Notes: a model not told the origin generated them from the letters alone. A DNA stretch of 64,000 nt from Dimorphilus gyrociliatus (GCA_904063045.1 CAJFCJ010000009.1:1240968-1304967); one strand, 5' to 3'; counted from the stretch's first letter, positions 14,347-26,441 are shown. Program-made: numbers and translations.

Positions 14347-14994
14347 TTATAGGTCTTCCTTTGCACTCCTTTGAATTTTGATCAATTCAACTTCAAAGAT
14401 CAAAGTTGCACCGCCAGGTATTTTTGGTGGAGAACCGTGATCACCATATCCTAGATCAGATGGAATAACCAATTTTCTCTTTTCGCCTTCGCACATACTA
14501 TAATTAATAAATAAGTTACTCTTTTGCAAAAAGAATAATTAACGGAATAAGATCATTTTATCATATTGAACATTCGAGAACTCTTATGTTATGATATGCA
14601 TATCTTTGTAGCTATTGTCCAATTATTTGGAAAATTTGAAACTCACTTGAGCAATCCTTGATCCCATCCTTTAATAACTTGGCCGGCACCGAGGGTAAAG
14701 ACAAAGGGTTCATTTCTTGGGATACTACTATCAAATTCTGTTCCATCCTCTAATTTTCCCTATACAGAATATTTTTAAGATTGATGTATAGAGGTTGATA
14801 ATAAATCAGTTATAATAAATACGAACGGTATAGTGCATACTAAGAACATCGTTCTTTCGACTTTTCATTTTACATTCGCTAGGATCTATACGCTTCTTAA
14901 TGCCTATTTGTAGTTTCTTTTTCTTTTCGTCTGCTGAGCAAACGTTAAAGGCCATGACAGCTAAAATGGGTAAAAGTAATATTGCTGCTCTCAT
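14347..14994 (-). CDS. FKBP2: ER FK506-binding protein (FKBP2/FKBP13), 3 exons
   Basis: Signal peptide; [62 protein letters not shown]; C-terminal KEDL ER-retrieval-like signal. Confidence 0.92.
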
Positions 14995-15267
14995 TCTGCA
15001 AAAACAATAGAGTTTTATTATTTAATTATAAGATAGAAACGGTGAGATCACATCCTAGGATTACGCAGACAGTTAACTTTATTTGTGTTCAATGTTCACG
15101 ATAAAGCAAGAAAAGTATTTTCAATCTACGAAAAGAGAATATATTTATTACAATATGTACATCGATAAAACAAGATTGTCGTAAAAATGCTAAGAATATG
15201 GGAATAAAAAGCCTGAAATATTTGCGATGGCTAATGTTTCGATACAATAACATATATCCAGTTTTCT

Positions 15268-15867
15268 TCAAGCTTGCTCCTTTTCTTCGTGCTCACTTTC
15301 ATCTTTTGACTTTTCCTTTTCAACTTCTTCTGAGACGTTATCGTTCTTTTCATCTTTATCATCTTGTTTATCGTCCTCATTCTGTTTGCTCTCACCACCG
15401 TCAGTATTGTCGTCACTATCATCTGAATCCGATTCTTTTTGGTTTGGATTATTTTTTTTCATCATTTTCGCTTTCTTAATTCTGTTTTTCTTTTTAAGTC
15501 GCTTTGCTCTCTTCTTTGCTGTTCTCTCCTCTGCTTCACGTTCATTTCGTTCAAGTTTTTCCTTATACTCTTTATCTTTTTTTTCAATTTTTGCTTGAAC
15601 ATTCATATACTTTTCTCGGGCATATTGCCTACGTCTAACTGCCCTATATAAGTGAAAATCACCGGATCCTGCTCCAGCACTTGATCCCCAAACATTATTC
15701 ACAAATTCGGGTGGTTGAAAACATTTGGGTAACTTTGTGTTTTCTTCAATTTCTGGTATGACAACCTCCTTTTCAGGATTATTCATTAATTTCTCCAAAC
15801 GAATTCTCTGTACGTCATACGCTGTTTTGACCTTTCTCTTCTTCGGTTCCTCATCATCGGAAGTCAT
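15268..15867 (-). CDS. PRKRIP1: PRKR-interacting protein 1 homologue (DUF1168 family), single coding exon
   Basis: PPEFVNNVWGSSAGAGSGDFHLYRAVRRRQYARE, followed by a K/E-rich coiled coil and KRAKRLKKK. Confidence 0.92.
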   Translation of the reverse strand: MTSDDEEPKKRKVKTAYDVQRIRLEKLMNNPEKEVVIPEIEENTKLPKCFQPPEFVNNVWGSSAGAGSGDFHLYRAVRRRQYAREKYMNVQAKIEKKDKEYKEKLERNEREAEERTAKKRAKRLKKKNRIKKAKMMKKNNPNQKESDSDDSDDNTDGGESKQNEDDKQDDKDEKNDNVSEEVEKEKSKDESEHEEKEQA

Positions 15868-16741
15868 TCTGTTTGAGCAAACAAATTCTTCAAGTTTTCA
15901 ATCACTTTCACAATTATCTAAAGCTAACTAATTTAAATGATATCCTCTCCAAGAATTTGTTTGCTCTTTTTATGTTATGCTTTTAATTTTCTTGGAAATA
16001 TTTTGTATAAGTAAATGAACACTAATTTTTTTCTCTTTTTAGTATTTATAAAAAGAAACATGCTGATTGGAAACGTCAACAAATATACTTGATGGTAAAA
16101 ATATATGTTTGTTTGCGATTTAAAAGATAAAATGAATTTAAAAAATTCGTATTTAGATAGTAGATGATCTATAATGAAATATATTAATAAATGCAAGTGA
16201 ACATTGATTTCTTATAATATCGCTCAAAATTACTTCAAATCAAGTAAATACGTATTTCTTGGAAACTTGATCTCAACAACATAAACATTCGAAATCTTTT
16301 AAAACTATTGTAATAGAATTTTCAGAGAAAATAAACGATTTTATAGAGTTTTACCTTAAAATTTAGGCGGATATGACTTGTCAAACGCAACGGAAGTTTA
16401 CGTGTAGCGTAGTTGAATCGAATGAGTTTCTTAATGCGCGGCCGAACCTGATTCGCTGGATCGATCTGGATAAAAAGAGTTGTTATATCGTAAAACATCG
16501 AATCGATTTACACAATTGGATTAAACAAACTTTTCTCTTTTTAATCTTTTATGGAACTTAACAAATGTGTAATAAAACTAATAGAGAAATAAATAAATTT
16601 ATTTTAAAGTAAAAGGCTTTTAAAAATTATTTGGAGTTATTTTTTATATTATTTTATTTCAAATATCGTTATTGTTGCTTAAATTTCGATTCGCTTGTTA
16701 CTATATTTCGATTATAGTCTGCTAGAAGTTTCGATTGAGCA

Positions 16742-16755
16742 CATTCCACAGCAAC
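16742..16755 (+). promoter_or_regulatory. Possible RFX X-box upstream of the ciliary gene IFT46
   Basis: cattccacagcaac matches 11 of 14 positions of GTTNCCATRGNAAC, with an intact RGNAAC half-site, 11 nt before the ATG. RFX control of IFT genes is established knowledge; function of this site is unproven. Confidence 0.25.
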
Positions 16756-16766
16756 CGAAACCATTC

Positions 16767-18983
16767 ATGGCAGACGGCAGTAAACAAAATGTAAGTAAAT
16801 TACAAATCATCTTAAAAGTCAAAAGTTAGCTAAAATTACAGCTTCTTAACTAAACCTGTTATAAGTACTTTATTTAAACAATCACGATTACGGCTGAAAT
16901 TTATTATTGAGAAAGGATAATTGACATTTCCAGCCGTCTAAATCCCTCCTTAACCAACCATACGACGAATCGCTTGAAGTACCCGACGCCGAAGAAGTAG
17001 CCTCAATTTACACACCGACTCCACGTGTGCCTGGATTTGGAAGAGGAGGTGCTTATCTCACCTCATAATTTCACTCTTGCGCTTTTGCTTTTGGTGTTAG
17101 GCCTAGTTTATTTTGTAAAACTAAAAATATTTAAAAGTCTTAAATCTCTTTCCGTGTTTAAATGAATTTTCTAACTAGTACACACTTTGTAAAAGAATCA
17201 CATTCTAAATTTAGTGTAATGACTATTTTATTATATAAAGAGAGATTTTTGTTGTGGTCCTGCATGTTGATGTTTCTTTCAGTTGCAATTTCACGAAAAT
17301 CAACCTTTCGACGCAAGTGTTGAATTACCAATAGAAGATAGAAGAAGTATTCCGTCTATTACACCACCTCGACTATCGCCAAAGCTAACAGGTGATGGTT
17401 CAACAATTTTGGATAAGAAAATGACAATATAAAACAAATTACATTTCGTTCAGCTGTTTAATAATCATCTTGCTTGATCTGCTTTTCTCTTCTTTTACGA
17501 TTTTTCTCTTTAGTGTCAGGTGGTTGGTGTAAAAAATTAACTGAATTTTACATTGTACAGGCGATCAATATCGTGGAAATAACTCTCCGGACTTAAGAAT
17601 GAAGGAACCCGACGTATCTGATGATGAAATCGAAAGACCAAAAGCAGTAATTAGTTTATTTACAACCTAGTTAATCAATTTTTAAGTATCCAATAATTGA
17701 CATTTTAGAAGATTGGACAAACTACTGGCTATAATAAAGAAATAGACGCAGACGACTCAGACTCAACTGGAGAGGAGACTGATGATGACGACGACGATGA
17801 TGGAAGCAACGAAGCTATTGACGGGTAAGCTATTTATATTACTACGTATATAGAATATATAATAATATTTTATAGTTACTTAATAAACTAGTACAATCCA
17901 TAGACAATCAGAATTCAAATTGCTGCTTAATTATTTATCAAATTTCAAGTTAGCTACAGTCTTAAGCAAATTAAAAAGATTTATTACACATCAATAGTCT
18001 AGTGTGTATTATAGAACAGTATAATGTTTCTTTCTACAGCGCTTATGATCCGAAAGACTATGACCACTTAGAAGTTAGCGAGGATATTCGAGGACTCTTT
18101 CAATACATAACTCGCTATACTCCACAAACAGTTGAACTTGAACATCAGTTGAAACCCTTTATACCTGATTATATACCAGCTGTTGGAGATATCGATGCTT
18201 TTATAAAAGTTTGTCTTATTTATTGGTTGTTGTATTAACATTTTTGTATGATTATTTTCAAAAGGTACCACGCCCTGATGGACATAATGATAAATTAGGT
18301 TTACAAATTTTGGATGAGCCTTGCGCAAAGCAGAGTGATCCTATTGTCTTGGAAATGCATATTCGATCGAAATCTAAGCAGACTCATTCAAAATCAATGG
18401 CTATCAAGAGTATACCTAGCCGTGATATAAATGCTAAATCTATAAACAATTGGTGTCAAAATATAGCTGATATCCATAGAACTCGACCACCCCCAACTGT
18501 TCACTATACTCGAAACATGCCTAGTATTGATGCTTTAATGCAGGAATGGCCCCCAGAATTTGAAGAACTGTTAAAAGAGGTTTGTGTCATTTATACTTTT
18601 GATATTAATATATTAATATTCTTTATTCTATCGAACAGATTACTTTACCTTCGGCCGACATGGACTGTGATTTACCAAACTACATAGATATGATTTGTGG
18701 TAGGCCAATATCTTTCTTACGTTAGTTTTAAAAGTAATTCAATTTATCATCTTCTAGCAATTTTAGATATACCCATGTACAAAAATAGAGTTCAATCTTT
18801 ACATCTACTCTTTACGCTATATTCGGAATTCAAAAATTCACAGGTTTGTACATGCAATATGTTTGTAGCAACAAGTTTTACATAATGTTATATTTTTAAT
18901 AAAAACAGCACTTTAGAGGTTTGGCCGCTGACAATAAACTAGATAACGCTTTAAAGGATAACGAAGAAAGATTGGTGTTGTAA
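16767..18983 (+). CDS. IFT46: Intraflagellar transport protein 46, multi-exon, with two alternative second exons
   Basis: YDPKDYDHL, LFQYITRYTPQ, LKPFIPDYIPAVGDIDAFIKVPRPDG, LGLQILDEPCAKQSDPIVL, LMQEWPPEFEE, LHLLFTLYSEFKNSQHF; acidic N-terminus. Confidence 0.93.
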
Positions 18984-19704
18984 AAAAGATATGATGTCCT
19001 GTTCAATTTTTTCCATATTCAATCATTAGTCTCTTTCAGTGAATTGAATAAAGGATCCTGTTTATTTTTTTCTTTCTTTCTGTTTAGTATAGCAATTCCT
19101 TACCAAATTAATACAATTGCCGTTCATTTTTTGCCTATATCGTTTGACTTTACATTTTTTAAAATTAACTAAGGTTTGTACTAACTTGAAATACACACAC
19201 CTACAAAAGAATAAACTGAATATGCACATATACAATGATAATAAACTTTTTTTAGGTAATTAGGTATTTAGATGAGGTAATTTATATAAGTATGAGATAG
19301 GCTTATATTGAAACTCTTATTGGTTAAACACAACTGTATCAATAAGTATGTAAATAATACTACACTTCAAAAACGATCATATGTGCTAGATCATCGCGCC
19401 GTAGCATAAAGAAGTTTTGGTCGTCTGCTTTTATAGTTTTTTCCTGTTGTTTTTTGGCTTTTTATGGTGAAACTCTTTTAGACAAGTTAAGTATATCGAA
19501 AGTAAAATAAATACATTCTAATAGGTTTTAAAATTTTTCAAAGAGTTAACCTTGAGCAGACTTTTTGTTATAAGATATCTCAACTTATCTACGCGCCATG
19601 CCAGTAATTAGGTCTTTATGACCGAATGAATATTTTGTTTCTGGGTGGAATGAATAAAAATTAAAGATTACTTTTTACTTTATGATATAATATTTAATAC
19701 AGAA

Positions 19705-20607
19705 ATGGAGTTTGCTATTGGCGGTGTAGCAGCATGCGGAGCGGGGCTATTCACAAATCCGCTAGAAGTCGTCAAGACAAGGATGCAGTTACAGGGAGAA
19801 TTTCGGGCCAGAGGACAATATACAGTTCATTATAGAAATGTTTTCCACGCATTCTATACGATTGCTCAGGAAGAGGGGTTTAGAAGTTTGCAAAAGGGCC
19901 TAGTGCCGGCTTTGTATTATCAATTTTTCATGAATGGTTTAAGATTAGGAGTCTATCAGAGTTTGAATAATCTTGGTCTAAACAGAGATAGTGATGGAAA
20001 CATTAGCTTTCCGAGAAGTATAGCTGCTGGAGCTTTGTCTGGTGTTGTTGGTGCTGTTACTGGAAGTCCATTTTACTTGATTAAAACTCATCTCCAGTCT
20101 CAGTCGGCCGAGTCAATAGCTGTTGGACATCAACACAAACACGGGAGTTTTACCCAAGCCTTTAAGAAAATTTACAGCGAGAACGGTTTACTCGGTTTAT
20201 GGAGGGGCTCATCTGGAGCAATGGCAAGAGTTATGGTTGGATCTGGCGCACAATTATCAACATTTTCAACATGCAAACAATACATTGTTAACAAAGGATG
20301 GTTCGAAAGAACGAGTGTTTTAAACGCCCTGCTAGCATCTATGATGAGCGGAGTAGCTGTTGTGTTTTTTATGACCCCATTCGATGTTGTATCAACACGT
20401 TTGTATAATCAGAATGTAGATTCAAGTGGGAGAGGAATCTATTATAAAGGTTTTACTGACTGCTTTTATAAAATATTAAAAAATGAGGGACCATTAGCAT
20501 TCTACAAAGGATGGACAGCATCATATCTTCGTTTAGGACCGCATACTATACTTAGTTTAGTATTTTGGGATGAAATCCGAAAATTTAGTGCACGTTATCT
20601 TTATTAA
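19705..20607 (+). CDS. SLC25A35: Mitochondrial carrier SLC25A34/35 family, intronless
   Basis: Three carrier repeats ([30 protein letters not shown]); [18 protein letters not shown]; [15 protein letters not shown]. Confidence 0.88.
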   Translation: MEFAIGGVAACGAGLFTNPLEVVKTRMQLQGEFRARGQYTVHYRNVFHAFYTIAQEEGFRSLQKGLVPALYYQFFMNGLRLGVYQSLNNLGLNRDSDGNISFPRSIAAGALSGVVGAVTGSPFYLIKTHLQSQSAESIAVGHQHKHGSFTQAFKKIYSENGLLGLWRGSSGAMARVMVGSGAQLSTFSTCKQYIVNKGWFERTSVLNALLASMMSGVAVVFFMTPFDVVSTRLYNQNVDSSGRGIYYKGFTDCFYKILKNEGPLAFYKGWTASYLRLGPHTILSLVFWDEIRKFSARYLY

Positions 20608-20657
20608 AATATGACTATCTTTGCATATTTTAGCAATTAAAATTACGATGAAGAAAC

Positions 20658-21280
20658 CTATTTATTTGAACTTCTATAATCAATGCTTCTCAGGTTATCT
20701 AATGTTTTAACTGTTGGTAAACCATCACCCGGCAAATATAAAGAGGTCTTTTCGTTCTCAAGTATTTTTTCTGCCTCTTCTACAAATTAGTAGATGAAAT
20801 CAATAATCATTTCATTCAAATATTCATTCCCTATGAATTTAAACTAACCTCTTATTCTGTACATCTTTGATCCAAAGCAAAGATCATATTGATAGGCGAC
20901 AAGGAAAGTTAAAGGAATAAAAGGTGCAATTGCAGCTGGCTTCTTTGTTTTCATAAACCTTTATATTAGACCTCTCAATGAAATATAAGTAAACATAGAA
21001 GGAAAATACTTACCCAGCTAACATTCCTACAGAACAAATTCCATAGAATGATGAAAGCCAGTAAAACATCTCTCTTGCCCTGGCCAACTGCATTGCCATT
21101 TGTCTTTCTCTCATATAATTTTGCATCTGGATTTGTCTCTGTAGCTGTTATTAGAAATTAAGATAACTTTTATAAGAAATTGACAATCATTTGAAAAATG
21201 ATGATAAAAACCATAGTTTCCTGCGCAGCCTGCATCTTTTCAAAATTCTCATTCATTGCTTTTGAAACAAAAGACCCCAT
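20658..21280 (-). CDS. PLGRKT: Plasminogen receptor KT (C9orf46) homologue, 4 small exons, absent from the ORF track
   Basis: Spliced translation MGSFVSKAMNENFEKMQAAQETM / LQRQIQMQNYMRERQMAMQLARAREMFYWLSSFYG / FMKTKKPAAIAPFIPLTFLVAYQYDLCFGSKMYRIR / EEAEKILENEK matches the family motifs MRERQMAMQ and YQYDLxYG. Confidence 0.88.
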
Positions 21281-21718
21281 TTTCTACAAGAGAAACAAAT
21301 ACTGTATACTTTCAAGTTGTGTGAGCAAAGTGAGTTGTAATTGTTTTTAAGACTATAAGGTCACAAGGTGATTCCCTGTAGCTACTGCTAGTGACGTAAC
21401 AAGGTGTTTTCCAAAATTGGGAAATTATGAAAAATATATGACAAAAGTATTTTAAGCTATACTTCAGATTATATTATTTTATTATTTTGTAATTTTATCG
21501 TTTACGCATCCGGCTTTAATGGCAACAAGAGAAATAAGCTGCTGTGTTCAATTATTTTTCTTTTTTTAAACCGGATATAAACCAAAAACTGTGTTTTGAT
21601 ACTGATAACGACATCTATCGAGAAATTTTAAATTCAAGGGGTCAATATTTAGTTTAATTGTTAAATTTTTGCCTCTTGTCACTAAATTGAATACGGTTAG
21701 CTGTTGTAAATCAAAGAT

Positions 21719-22604
21719 ATGTCTGGAAAACGCTTAGTACTTAATAAAACAATTAAATCCCTTACTGCGTTGAGAGAAGGTAAGACAGGAGAAGAGAAAG
21801 AGAAGAGTTGAAATCTATTTATAAATTCTTTCTTAAATGACAGGCGATGCGGCTCCTAAAAAAAGTCCTGGAACCTTACGATTGTATAGTATGAGGTTTT
21901 GTCCATTTGCCCAGAGAACAAGATTGGTCTTAATTCATAAGCAAATTCCGTAATTTTCCAGCTAAACTTGAAATGTTCTAGATAAATATCTGTATTGAAT
22001 TTTCAGGCACGAAGTAGTTAATATTAACTTGAAAAGACGGCCAAAATGGTTTTGGCAGGAGAAGAATCCGTTCAGTCTTGTTCCAGTTATTGAAAAGGAT
22101 AAGATGATTATCTACGAATCAGTTGCATGCAATGACTATTTGGATGAAATTTATCCTCATGATAAATTGAACCCTATGGATTTACTTGAAAGAACGAAAC
22201 AGAAGATGTTAATGGAGTCCTTTTCGAAGGTGGTTTCCTTATTTTATCAAGTTATAAATATGAAAGATGACAAACAACAAGTGGCTAAATTACTTAAGAG
22301 AGCCTTATCACCATACGAGGCTGCATTAAGTGGGAAATACTTTGGAGGTTCAAACGTGTCTATGCTGGATTTGCACATTTGGCCTTGGTTTGAACGACTC
22401 CCTATAGTTTCTAGAGTTCTTGAAGAGGACGTGTTTGAAGGATTCCCAAAGATAAAAAAATGGAAAACAATTATGGAAGATTTACCATGCGTCCAACAAA
22501 CAGCATTTTCTCTAGAGGACCACGCAGAATTCTTTTCGAGCTTTTTAACAGGAGAACCAAACTATGATCACGCTCTAGAAACTGAATACATTGCTAAACT
22601 ATAA
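21719..22604 (+). CDS. GSTO1: Glutathione S-transferase omega, 3 exons
   Basis: [19 protein letters not shown] active-site motif; [48 protein letters not shown]. Confidence 0.92.
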
Positions 22605-22732
22605 TTTTGATAAGAAGTCAATTTCCATCATGATTTTACAATTTCATTTTAACATTTTGATTCACTTTGAGTGAAATTTATTAAAAATATTTCTATATAA
22701 AAAGATAACAGAAACGATAACAGCATTTTTTT

Positions 22733-25636
22733 TTACATTTTGTAAATAATTTTCATCTTGGATGCAGTTTTATTTAGGTTAGCAGAAATTTTAATTATCT
22801 GTGTTATGATATTCTCTAATCTCTTTTGATATTTATCAAGACGATTGAGCCATTCTACAGTAGGTTTAATACCTCTTTTCCAATTGATTAATGATTTAAT
22901 TTCTGCTATATAATGGTTAACTTGTGAAATAAGATTTTTAAGACATTTTCTTTGAGTTTTTGATTTCTTGCTTTTCCATCCAAAACCCCTACCATCAATA
23001 CCAATTAGCATATATGTAGTAGTTGTTACATATTCTCCTGCAAGACATAAATCCAAGGCTTTGAACAAGACTTTTGGAGCAATGGTTGTCAAATTTTCCC
23101 ACGATAATTGTTTCTGACTTAATTTATCGTATCTGGAATCTAAAGTCCATCTAGCTTTTATCCATTGTAAGAAACAATTCTTATCTATTTTTTTAAGCGC
23201 AAGAAAGCTATTCCATGAAGAACAAGCTTTTACAAGCATACTGTAGTCCATTGTTTTGTTGTCAACAAGTCTAACTCTTTCGAAATTGCTTGAATTCTTC
23301 GAATAACAGGAACCGTGTGAACCGCTATTATAATCTCTAAGACAACTCCAGCAAAATCCTCTTCCGCAGAAGCAGAACATATAATTACAGCCACCATTTT
23401 TTTGCATTTTTTTCTTGCAAAATGGACAAGATTTGACTTCAACTTCAAAGATTTCGTCTGATACTCCTCGAAGTTGAGATACTCCAAGAACTTTAGCTTG
23501 ATGCCAGAATATTTTGTTTTGTCTGCAAGTAGATGGCCAATGATAATCGTCGCCGCATTCAGTACACCATCGCATTTTGCAGGAGCATTCCATCATAGGC
23601 GATTTAACATTTCCTTCTATATTGGTAACTCGATTGCAAAGTGGACTTTGACAATAATACCAATTTCCATCTTTCGCTAGCATATCATCAACAATCCTTG
23701 TTTCCAAATTACAAAACTTTTCAAAGTTGAAAAATATAAAAAGTAATGGTAGTTCAACTTTTTGTTTACATTCATACATTGGACACGTAAAAAACTTTGC
23801 ATTTAATAAATGTCTTTGCCAACAATCTAAGCAGAACCAGTGGCCACACTTCAAAGACACTCCAGACTCAATATAATCATCAATTGTACAAATTTCACAT
23901 ACCATGTAAGTACTACTATTCTTTATTGGAAACTGAATTTCTTCAGTTTGTCCTCTAGTTGTCTCAATAGCAGTTTTTAACCAATAATCGTTCAATTTCA
24001 TTTGAAAGACTTCAGATACATTTAACGATTTACGAGAGGTATTAAAATAATCCATTACAAAATTACAAATTGGAATAATTTCATTCTTATCAGATGTTTG
24101 GTAGTTTATCTTCGACATGAAATATTCGTCTTCCGGCATGATTTCATTTGTAATAGTCACTTTAATAGTTTCAAGCATCATTTCCAAAGATAAGCAGTTT
24201 GTTTGAATATTCATAATTTGATTTTTGAATTTAAGATTTGAGCGCAAAACATATTTTATCTTGCAAGAATTATCTTCCAGCCAAAATGTAATATGAAGAA
24301 ATCCCCTGAGTTTATTTAAATTTGAACATGCACCAATTTCTTTGTAAATTTCTCTGATTTTATCAGAAAAATCTATTAAAAACATTGGAGGAGATGTTTG
24401 GCCGTTAATGACTAAAAAGTTACTGTCAGTACAGTCTTTTATAAAGTTTTCTTTGTCGGAATTGGCTATTGAAAATTCAAAGATATGATCACTTTTATCG
24501 TAAAATTCCGTTTTAGTTTCAACTATAGTAGGTTGTTCAACAACTTTATTATCAGTATCTTCTTTCATAGCATAAGAACTATTGTCCAAAACGATAAGTT
24601 TGTTTCTCTTTTCGTGTGAATCATTGAATTTATCGTAAGTTTGCAATTTCTTTTTCCTTTTGCGTTTTTCTCTTTTAGTTTTAACTTGAAAAGCAAAGCT
24701 GGCATAGGTAATATCAGCCGATGGTCGACGAAGATAATCGGAAATTTCTACACGAGATTCCTCTGTATGTGCAGGATAGTAAACTTCCTCTTTGCCTACT
24801 TTCATGGCATCTCGAAATCGTTTTGAACGTGGAATGCCTTTTCTCCTATGAGTATCATCTTGTTTGATAATCTTATTGCTCAAATTATATAAATCTTTGC
24901 GATAAATCCTATGTACACTTTTCTGATGAGAATCGAAAGGTCTCCTCCTACATATTTCATACAGAATTTCAACAGGTTTTCTCGACCCTTCATCATCATT
25001 ATCTTCATCTGCAGGTTGAGTAGTTTCTTTCTTTTTTGCCTTAAAATCGGTAAAGTAACAATATTTACTATTTTTAGGCGTTTTAATGTCACCATTCTCA
25101 TTACAGTACGATGTTACACTTGGAATAGTCTCCATAGCATGCGTTAATCCATTACCGGTCATGTAAAGTTCTTTTGGCTTTTTCTCAACGTACGTTACAG
25201 TGTAATTATCAGATTTTAAATTACTATCATCTCTTTTACTATTAAGGATTAAATCTGGTAATTTCCATCGATACTTTTTGTTTAAAGAGTATTCAGTATA
25301 AGACAAATTCAACATATCTTTTGGTTCATTGCAGAAATTAATATTCAATCCACCATCGTCCACGGCAAATTTTTCTGATTTTAACATTATGTCTATTTCT
25401 GCTTGGTCTCTTTTATATAAAAAAACCCATTTTATTAAACGATCCATAGTTTTCCTTTTGTGAAGATATTTGAATTTTCCATAATGGAGAGTATTACCCG
25501 TTCTTATTCCTAATCGATATTTTTTAACACGATTCCTTTTCTTTGATAAAGTATCTTCGTTTTCAAATAATTCTTGTGTTTTCCTGGAATGATGATAGGC
25601 TTTAAGATGATGGATGTGACGTCGTTGTTCAGGCAT
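22733..25636 (-). CDS. Intronless RING-between-RING (RBR, Ariadne-like) E3 ligase with a long uncharacterised N-terminus
   Basis: 967-aa ORF. RING1 CEIC..CGHWFCLDC..CPMYEC; IBR CQSPLC..CSC..CTEC..HWPSTC; RING2 CPFC..GGCNYMFCFC..FCWSC. Confidence 0.85.
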   Translation of the reverse strand: MPEQRRHIHHLKAYHHSRKTQELFENEDTLSKKRNRVKKYRLGIRTGNTLHYGKFKYLHKRKTMDRLIKWVFLYKRDQAEIDIMLKSEKFAVDDGGLNINFCNEPKDMLNLSYTEYSLNKKYRWKLPDLILNSKRDDSNLKSDNYTVTYVEKKPKELYMTGNGLTHAMETIPSVTSYCNENGDIKTPKNSKYCYFTDFKAKKKETTQPADEDNDDEGSRKPVEILYEICRRRPFDSHQKSVHRIYRKDLYNLSNKIIKQDDTHRRKGIPRSKRFRDAMKVGKEEVYYPAHTEESRVEISDYLRRPSADITYASFAFQVKTKREKRKRKKKLQTYDKFNDSHEKRNKLIVLDNSSYAMKEDTDNKVVEQPTIVETKTEFYDKSDHIFEFSIANSDKENFIKDCTDSNFLVINGQTSPPMFLIDFSDKIREIYKEIGACSNLNKLRGFLHITFWLEDNSCKIKYVLRSNLKFKNQIMNIQTNCLSLEMMLETIKVTITNEIMPEDEYFMSKINYQTSDKNEIIPICNFVMDYFNTSRKSLNVSEVFQMKLNDYWLKTAIETTRGQTEEIQFPIKNSSTYMVCEICTIDDYIESGVSLKCGHWFCLDCWQRHLLNAKFFTCPMYECKQKVELPLLFIFFNFEKFCNLETRIVDDMLAKDGNWYYCQSPLCNRVTNIEGNVKSPMMECSCKMRWCTECGDDYHWPSTCRQNKIFWHQAKVLGVSQLRGVSDEIFEVEVKSCPFCKKKMQKNGGCNYMFCFCGRGFCWSCLRDYNSGSHGSCYSKNSSNFERVRLVDNKTMDYSMLVKACSSWNSFLALKKIDKNCFLQWIKARWTLDSRYDKLSQKQLSWENLTTIAPKVLFKALDLCLAGEYVTTTTYMLIGIDGRGFGWKSKKSKTQRKCLKNLISQVNHYIAEIKSLINWKRGIKPTVEWLNRLDKYQKRLENIITQIIKISANLNKTASKMKIIYKM

Positions 25637-26441
25637 GATTGTTTCAGATGTTACTGTGTTCCTTACTTTTTTTCGTATAACTCTAAACTAAAAGACTGTA
25701 TGCTGCACCTTAAATAGATTAAACTATTGCGCAACTAGTTGTCAATACAGACGAGAGCTGATTGGCTACACCTAATAAACATTGCGTAACATTGTGTAAA
25801 TGTTGAGAGAATTTATCAATATGAAACAATTTCACATTAGATAAATAAAACAATAAATTTGACTTAGATTACGTAATAAAATATGATATTTAGACATTAA
25901 TTAGAATCTACATAAGCTAAATTTACAAATAAAACTCCAAAGAGTCAATATAAGACATTGGGACATTTTGCAGGGTTGGCAATTATAAGCGAAATTAAAC
26001 AACTATGTATTATTTAAGAATAGTAGATAATACATATTTTTAATATTATTATTATATTATCTTATCGATTAAAAGTCACGAATAACTATGCAAATTAGGC
26101 CTACACAAACGCCTATTCAAGATATGAATCATAGAGAAAAGTTGATAAAATTTTAAGATAAAAGAAATGCCTGATGATTATGCATAAAGGGAAAGATTAT
26201 ATATTTTTTTCCTCTTTTTTACCACAATTACGCTAATAACCTGAAAGCAGTTTACCGGAAATTAAAAGTAAAAAGGCTGTATGAGGATGGAGGAGATTCC
26301 TCTGAAGTTGCAAATGTTTCCTCACTTTGGAAGTTCAAGAAGAGAGGAAGGAGACATAGAGCGAAAGGGAGAGTGAGCGAGAGAGAGAGAGAAAAAAAGA
26401 CAGAGTTGATATTTTTTTTAAATGCAAATTTAAATGGAACA

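Noticed and set aside
15089-15651. Overlapping ORFs (15198+, 15231-, 15386+, 15439+)
   Set aside because: Antisense or alternate-frame shadows of the low-complexity K/E/D-rich PRKRIP1 tail.
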